DNA from: Terriglobia bacterium
GTDB taxonomy: Bacteria > Acidobacteriota > Terriglobia > 2-12-FULL-54-10
Assembly: GCA_963666975.2 (NCBI GenBank)
Contig: CAXVYR010000004.1
Span: forward strand, 1,728,001 to 1,792,000
Reading direction: 5' to 3'
Length of the DNA: 64,000 bases
The notes under the pieces were generated by a model. It was not told where the DNA came from, did no database searches, and saw only the letters and a program-made list of their open reading frames with translations. Positions 59,273 to 64,000 of this stretch are shown here, in pieces. The translations under genes were made by a program, and so were the position numbers. Position 1 is the stretch's first letter; each line of letters begins with the position of its first letter.

Positions 59273-62200
59273 CTAACCTGGGACTGCATCGCCTTGGCCG
59301 GAGTCCTCGTATGCCGGACAAATGGGCCGAAAATCGCAGTATCGGCAGTGATATGCCGGCAGGGCCGGAAACTTCCCCGCGAGAATATCACGGCTCACTT
59401 GGCGAATTTGCCCCTGGAGATCCCTGAAATCATCCGGCCCCCGTGTAGTCCGGAAACCCTCCTGGGCAGTTAAGGTTAAGCTATGGAGGACCAAGCTGAG
59501 CGGCTTTAAGCCCAGCACTTCCCGGCAAGCCAGCGCATAAAGGGTCAACTGCAAGCTGCGATCCGCTTCTTTTTGCGTTTGCGCCCGGCCCGTTTTGTAC
59601 TCGATCAACTCCGCATCCCCGCCGGCGAGCTGGTTGATCTGGTCAATTCTTCCCAGCAGCTTCGTCTCGCCGCCCTGTTTGACGCCGGCGCCTATATCGA
59701 TGTTGAACTGGAAGCCCTTCTCCTGATGCAAGAGTTGAAACGGATGGCCCTCCAGCGAACGCCGGAGTCCGGCGAGTTGTTCCCGGCCCATGTCCTTATA
59801 TTTGCTTTCCTGGTGCGGATCGGTAAAACCAGCCGAGGACCAGTGCTGGTTGAGGATCGCTTCGACAGTTTCCGGTTGCTGCACTTTTCCACCTGCGTCT
59901 CTACCGGCTTCTTTACTGGCGGCGAGACGGCTGACAAGCTCTCGCACGGCCCGGTGCATGATAGACCCAAACAGCAAGGCGGGAGAAGGGCTCACGGGAA
60001 GGCGGCATACGTAACTGTATTGATACTTTCGCGGACATTGCCGGTAGGTATCGAGGCCGGATGCGCTCATCGTCAGGCTGCCCGCAGGCGGAGCCGCCAT
60101 GGCGCCGGCCCATCTGTCAATCTGCGAAAAGGGCGACCGGCGAATAGTATCTTCTTGCCGGAGAGCCTGCGACACCGGTTCCGGTGACGCCGAGAGCTTC
60201 TTCCATTCTATGTTCGCGACGGCGTCTTCCCGGAGTTCGTCCAGGAAGCGGGAAGGCTGCTGCCGTTTGTTCGACACCGTGCAGAGCGTCAGCGTGCTGC
60301 GCGCGCGGGTGAGCGCCACGTAGAACAGCCGCCGTTCCTCTTCGATATGGAAGTCGCCCTGCGGCAGGGGGCCCTTCAGCAAAGCGTCGGGAAAAGAGAT
60401 GAGCGGGCGGCGATGAGAAGTGGGAAAGGCCCGCCGCAGCAGATGCAGGACAAAAACATTTTCGAACTCCAGACCCTTGGCCCCGTGCACGGTCATCAAC
60501 TGCACCTTGCCCCAGGGCCCGGCGCCGGCTGCTTTGTCCCAAAGAGTTCCCTGGCGGGGCTCCTCCAAGGAGGCCGCGCCCGGCGATGCTGGGCCGTCCT
60601 CATCGGGAAGAGAAATCCTTCCCCCGGCTTCTTCAAAGTAACCGAAGTACTCCAGGAATTCCCCCAGCAGCCCCCCCGTGCTTTTATCTTGATCCCATTG
60701 AATGACGAAATCGGTGAAGGCTCCGAGAGCCGCATCATAACCTTCCTCTTCAAAGCCGAACAAACCCAGCTCCTGCCGCAACGAGGGGAACCAGGAGCGG
60801 AGCCGCTGTTCGCGGGAAAGTTTTTGATACCGGGTGAGGAAGCCGAGCAGTTTCGGTTTGCCCGTCCACTGGCCGCCCCAACCGCTATCCTCGACGACCT
60901 TCCGCAAGCTGCACTTCCGGTCGCTCGCCAGACGGCAACCCTCCCACAGCAGGCTCGCCTTCATCTCCCACTGCGGGCCCGCCAGCACGCGAGCCAGGCT
61001 GACACTGTCCTCCGGGCGGCCAATGGCGCGCAGACAGGCCACCATGTCCCGCACCGGCGGCAGATTATCGATGGCCAATTTGCGAATGGCAAAAGGAACG
61101 CCTCTTCGCCGGAGAGCCTCCACTAACCGGTTCCGGTGGCGATGGGCGCGATAGAGAACTGCAAAATCGGAATAGGCTTTGGCTTCCCCCGCCTGTATCT
61201 GGCGTGCAATTTCTTGCGCCACGAATTCCGACTGCTGGATATCGCCGGGAAACTCCCAGACCTCCACCTTCCGCCCCTGCGGGTTGGAGGTCTCGAGGCG
61301 CTTGCCGGGCTGGTAGCGGTCCTTGGAATTGGGAGCGATGGCGGCGGCGGCCACCTCCAATATTCTTTTTGTCGAGCGGTAGTTCTGGCGCAGGACCACG
61401 CGGGGGTGTCCCGGAAACCGCTGCTCGAATTGATGGAAGCTGGCATAGGAAGCGCCCCGGAAGCGGTAGATCGCTTGGTCGTCATCCCCCACCACGGTCA
61501 GGTTTTTTCTCTCGCCCGCCAGGCGCACCAGCAACTCGATCTGTGCCAGGTTGGTATCCTGAAACTCATCCACCAGAATGAAGCGGTAGCGGCGCTGCAG
61601 ACGCGCCAGCAGTTCGGGAGTGGCATCGAGCAGGACGAGGGTGCGGGAAATCATCGCCCCAAAGCTGAGCAGATGCTCCTGCTCTTCCAGCTCAGCCGAC
61701 CGGCTGAGCATCCGCGCTACCTCGCGTTGCCGGGCGATCTCCTCCTCCGCGCACTCTTTTTGAGGAGGCCCCTGGCGGGAAGAGCGCAGGCAGTCGTCCG
61801 CCACTTTTTCCACGTAGGCAGTGTACTCCTCCGGTGTCACCAAGTTGTCGTGGCAGCGGGAGCAGAAGTCGACCAGGTCTCCCAGAAAGCGGCCAGGCTC
61901 GGAGACCTTGAGATAGGTATCGAGATCCAGGCTTTCCAGATGGCGGCGAAGAAAGATCCAATGGTCGATTCGGTCGAGCGCCTTGCCGGGAGATTCCTCC
62001 AAGAGCAACTCGTAGCAGAAGGCATGAAAGGTGGAGAAGCGGCAGCCGAGCGCGCTCTCTCCGAAGCGCTCCCCGGCGCGCTGCCGTATCTCCTCAGCCG
62101 CTTTATTGCCGAAGGTGATGGCCAGGATGTTTTCGGGTTGCAGCCCCGGCACCGTGCGCAATAGATAACCGACACGCTCCACAATCACGCGCGTCTTGCC

Positions 62201-62281
62201 GGTGCCAGCGCCCGCCACGATCAGCAGCGGTCCCTCGCCGTGCTCCACCGCCGCTCGTTGCTCCGCGTTCAGTTGCACCAT
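59273..62281 (-). CDS. UvrD-family helicase fused to a PD-(D/E)XK nuclease with Fe-S cysteines (AdnAB-like)
   Basis: AGAGTGKT, VDEFQD, QNYRS, TVHGAKGLEF, GRIDQI..IEYKTG and HCRYCDFRPICP motifs. Confidence 0.93.
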   Translation of the reverse strand: MVQLNAEQRAAVEHGEGPLLIVAGAGTGKTRVIVERVGYLLRTVPGLQPENILAITFGNKAAEEIRQRAGERFGESALGCRFSTFHAFCYELLLEESPGKALDRIDHWIFLRRHLESLDLDTYLKVSEPGRFLGDLVDFCSRCHDNLVTPEEYTAYVEKVADDCLRSSRQGPPQKECAEEEIARQREVARMLSRSAELEEQEHLLSFGAMISRTLVLLDATPELLARLQRRYRFILVDEFQDTNLAQIELLVRLAGERKNLTVVGDDDQAIYRFRGASYASFHQFEQRFPGHPRVVLRQNYRSTKRILEVAAAAIAPNSKDRYQPGKRLETSNPQGRKVEVWEFPGDIQQSEFVAQEIARQIQAGEAKAYSDFAVLYRAHRHRNRLVEALRRRGVPFAIRKLAIDNLPPVRDMVACLRAIGRPEDSVSLARVLAGPQWEMKASLLWEGCRLASDRKCSLRKVVEDSGWGGQWTGKPKLLGFLTRYQKLSREQRLRSWFPSLRQELGLFGFEEEGYDAALGAFTDFVIQWDQDKSTGGLLGEFLEYFGYFEEAGGRISLPDEDGPASPGAASLEEPRQGTLWDKAAGAGPWGKVQLMTVHGAKGLEFENVFVLHLLRRAFPTSHRRPLISFPDALLKGPLPQGDFHIEEERRLFYVALTRARSTLTLCTVSNKRQQPSRFLDELREDAVANIEWKKLSASPEPVSQALRQEDTIRRSPFSQIDRWAGAMAAPPAGSLTMSASGLDTYRQCPRKYQYSYVCRLPVSPSPALLFGSIMHRAVRELVSRLAASKEAGRDAGGKVQQPETVEAILNQHWSSAGFTDPHQESKYKDMGREQLAGLRRSLEGHPFQLLHQEKGFQFNIDIGAGVKQGGETKLLGRIDQINQLAGGDAELIEYKTGRAQTQKEADRSLQLTLYALACREVLGLKPLSLVLHSLTLTAQEGFRTTRGPDDFRDLQGQIRQVSRDILAGKFPALPAYHCRYCDFRPICPAYEDSGQGDAVPG

Positions 62282-62654
62282 GCTAACCTGTAGCTTCCCG
62301 GGTCACTCCCCAGCGGATAGAACTTTTCGGGTCCATTGCCCACTCTGTCTTAGGTACTGAATGATTTTCTAACTCTAAACTCCGAACCCCTGAGCAGGCT
62401 GGAATCATTTCCTAGAATACGCGGTAAGACCCGGAAAAGGGCCAACAGAATGGACTCGAACTTTTCAGTCCTTCTAGCATCCAACAGTTCATGCCGAACC
62501 TCGTTGTCGCTGCTGTCGCTCAAAAAGTTCTTGACTACCCATTTGCCCCAGCGGCTTGACCGGGCAGGGGAGAGATGCTAGCGTAGGCTTCCAGATTCTC
62601 ATAGCCAGCTTTTCATAGCATGCCGGGCGTGCTTTAGTAAGGTCCACTGAAAAA

Positions 62655-63827
62655 ATGAGCCATCCAATGCTCTCCTTGTTTCCCGAACCGGAACCTGGGT
62701 TAGAGAACAAAGAGGTCCGCGAGTCACGCACCACCGGAGTCTATCCCTCGCAAAAGATCCAAGAGTCCATTCACGCCGACCGGATTCGCGCCTCCTCGCC
62801 CATTACCGGCGTGCAGATTCAGCCGGCCAGCCTGGACCTGCGGTTGGGGCCGGTGGCCTACCGGGTGCGGGCCAGCTTTCTGCCGGGAAAATTTTCCACG
62901 GTCGAGAACAAAGTTCGGGAACTCCAGATGAACGAGATTGATCTGCGCCCGGGGGCCGTTTTCGAGAAAGGGTGTGTCTACATTGTCCCGCTGATGGAGG
63001 AGTGGTTTCTCCCCGAGGACGTCTCCGGCAAGGCCAACCCCAAGAGCACCACCGGGAGGCTGGATATCTTCACCCGCTTGATTACGGACTCTGGGACGGA
63101 ATTCGAGCGGGTGGGACAAGGCTACAGGGGCAAACTGTACGTGGAGGTCGTGCCGCGCACCTTCACCGTCCGCGTGCAGGAGGGGATGCGGCTGAACCAG
63201 TTGCGGTTTGTGCGAGGCACCCCTCTGCCGCTGCGGGAGGACAACACTCTGGGCAAGATTCATGAGCAGGAACCCCTGGCGTATGCTCCCGACGACACTC
63301 CCGCCGATTCTGAGATTCGTCACGGGCTGCCCATCTCGATTGACTTAGTGGGCAGCGGAGGGTCTGAGGTGATTGGCTACAAAGCCAAGCGTGATGCCCC
63401 GCTGATTGATCTAGCTAAGGTGAATTATTACGACCCGGCAGAATTTTGGGAGCCTATCCCACCTACCCCGCGGATCATCCTGAACCCGGACGACTTCCAC
63501 ATCTTGGTTTCCAAGGAAAAGGTGGATATTCCGCCCCACTTGGCAGGCGAGATGGTCGCCTACGATCCTTCGGTGGGGGAATTTCGAATTCACTACGCGG
63601 GATTCTTCGATCCTGGCTTCGGCCATGGCCTGGATCAGGCGAAGGGCACGCATGCCGTCCTCGAGGTGCGGTCCCACGGGGTCCCTTTCGTGATCGAAGA
63701 CGGCCAGGTAGTGGGCCGGCTGGTGTACGAGCGTTTGATGGAGCCCCCGGATAAAATCTACGGTGCGAGCATCGGTTCTTCCTATCAATCTCAGGGACTG
63801 TCTCTCAGCAAGCAATTCAAACGGTAA
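62655..63827 (+). CDS. dcd: dCTP deaminase, long two-domain form
   Basis: QPASLDLRLG, NPKSTTGRLDIF, GEFRIHYAGFFDPGFG and YQSQGL motifs. Confidence 0.9.
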   Translation: MSHPMLSLFPEPEPGLENKEVRESRTTGVYPSQKIQESIHADRIRASSPITGVQIQPASLDLRLGPVAYRVRASFLPGKFSTVENKVRELQMNEIDLRPGAVFEKGCVYIVPLMEEWFLPEDVSGKANPKSTTGRLDIFTRLITDSGTEFERVGQGYRGKLYVEVVPRTFTVRVQEGMRLNQLRFVRGTPLPLREDNTLGKIHEQEPLAYAPDDTPADSEIRHGLPISIDLVGSGGSEVIGYKAKRDAPLIDLAKVNYYDPAEFWEPIPPTPRIILNPDDFHILVSKEKVDIPPHLAGEMVAYDPSVGEFRIHYAGFFDPGFGHGLDQAKGTHAVLEVRSHGVPFVIEDGQVVGRLVYERLMEPPDKIYGASIGSSYQSQGLSLSKQFKR

Positions 63828-64000
63828 AGTCGGCTTCCTGCCGAAGGAGGCTGTCGAGAGTGCGGTTTTACCCCTTGGCCCGCTGCGGCGAACTGCGCTC
63901 GATTCACTTCCTTTGATTTTCGAGCGCCAATACTCCTCCCCGTGCGAATCCAGCCGTCGAGACCTCTACAAAAACCACCGAAACGGCGTCACGCGTGGTG

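Noticed and set aside
62655-63827. dCTP deaminase as an anti-phage defence gene
   Set aside because: It is the dUTPase-fold housekeeping Dcd family, not the kinase plus CMP-deaminase defence type.

Overview
High-GC bacterial chromosomal window, most likely Acidobacteriota (inferred from Oar-type TonB receptors, a kinase tail ending INVVLNWFEELK and a choice-of-anchor-E-like gene). Housekeeping blocks are queG, ccmA/C/D, ypdA, sat-cysH, a stressosome operon, lacD, a gentisate-type catabolic operon, hemW, ltaE, a UvrD-like helicase-nuclease and dcd. They are interleaved with decayed accessory DNA: IS256, IS3-like, IS5, IS6, IS1, IS630, and two tandem integrative-element remnants at the 5' half of tRNA-Arg(CCG). 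Four features stand out. (1) Three copies of a 36-38 bp type II-C-like CRISPR repeat with no cas genes, separated by 1647 bp and 876 bp instead of ~30 nt spacers. The 1647 bp segment is foreign, AT-richer DNA cut mid-gene exactly at a repeat, and tracrRNA-like hairpins follow the last repeat. (2) A 109-nt tRNA-like gene with a Ser(GCT) anticodon, a short variable loop and a ~30-nt hairpin inserted in the D-loop. (3) Several TA-flanked MITEs, three with clear IS630-type ends, each enclosing a REP doublet of one of three families; one provably inserted as a unit into a gene. (4) An unannotated, probably leaderless Cys-rich leader peptide plus terminator upstream of sat-cysH. All calls are by eye; no database searches or folding programs were run.
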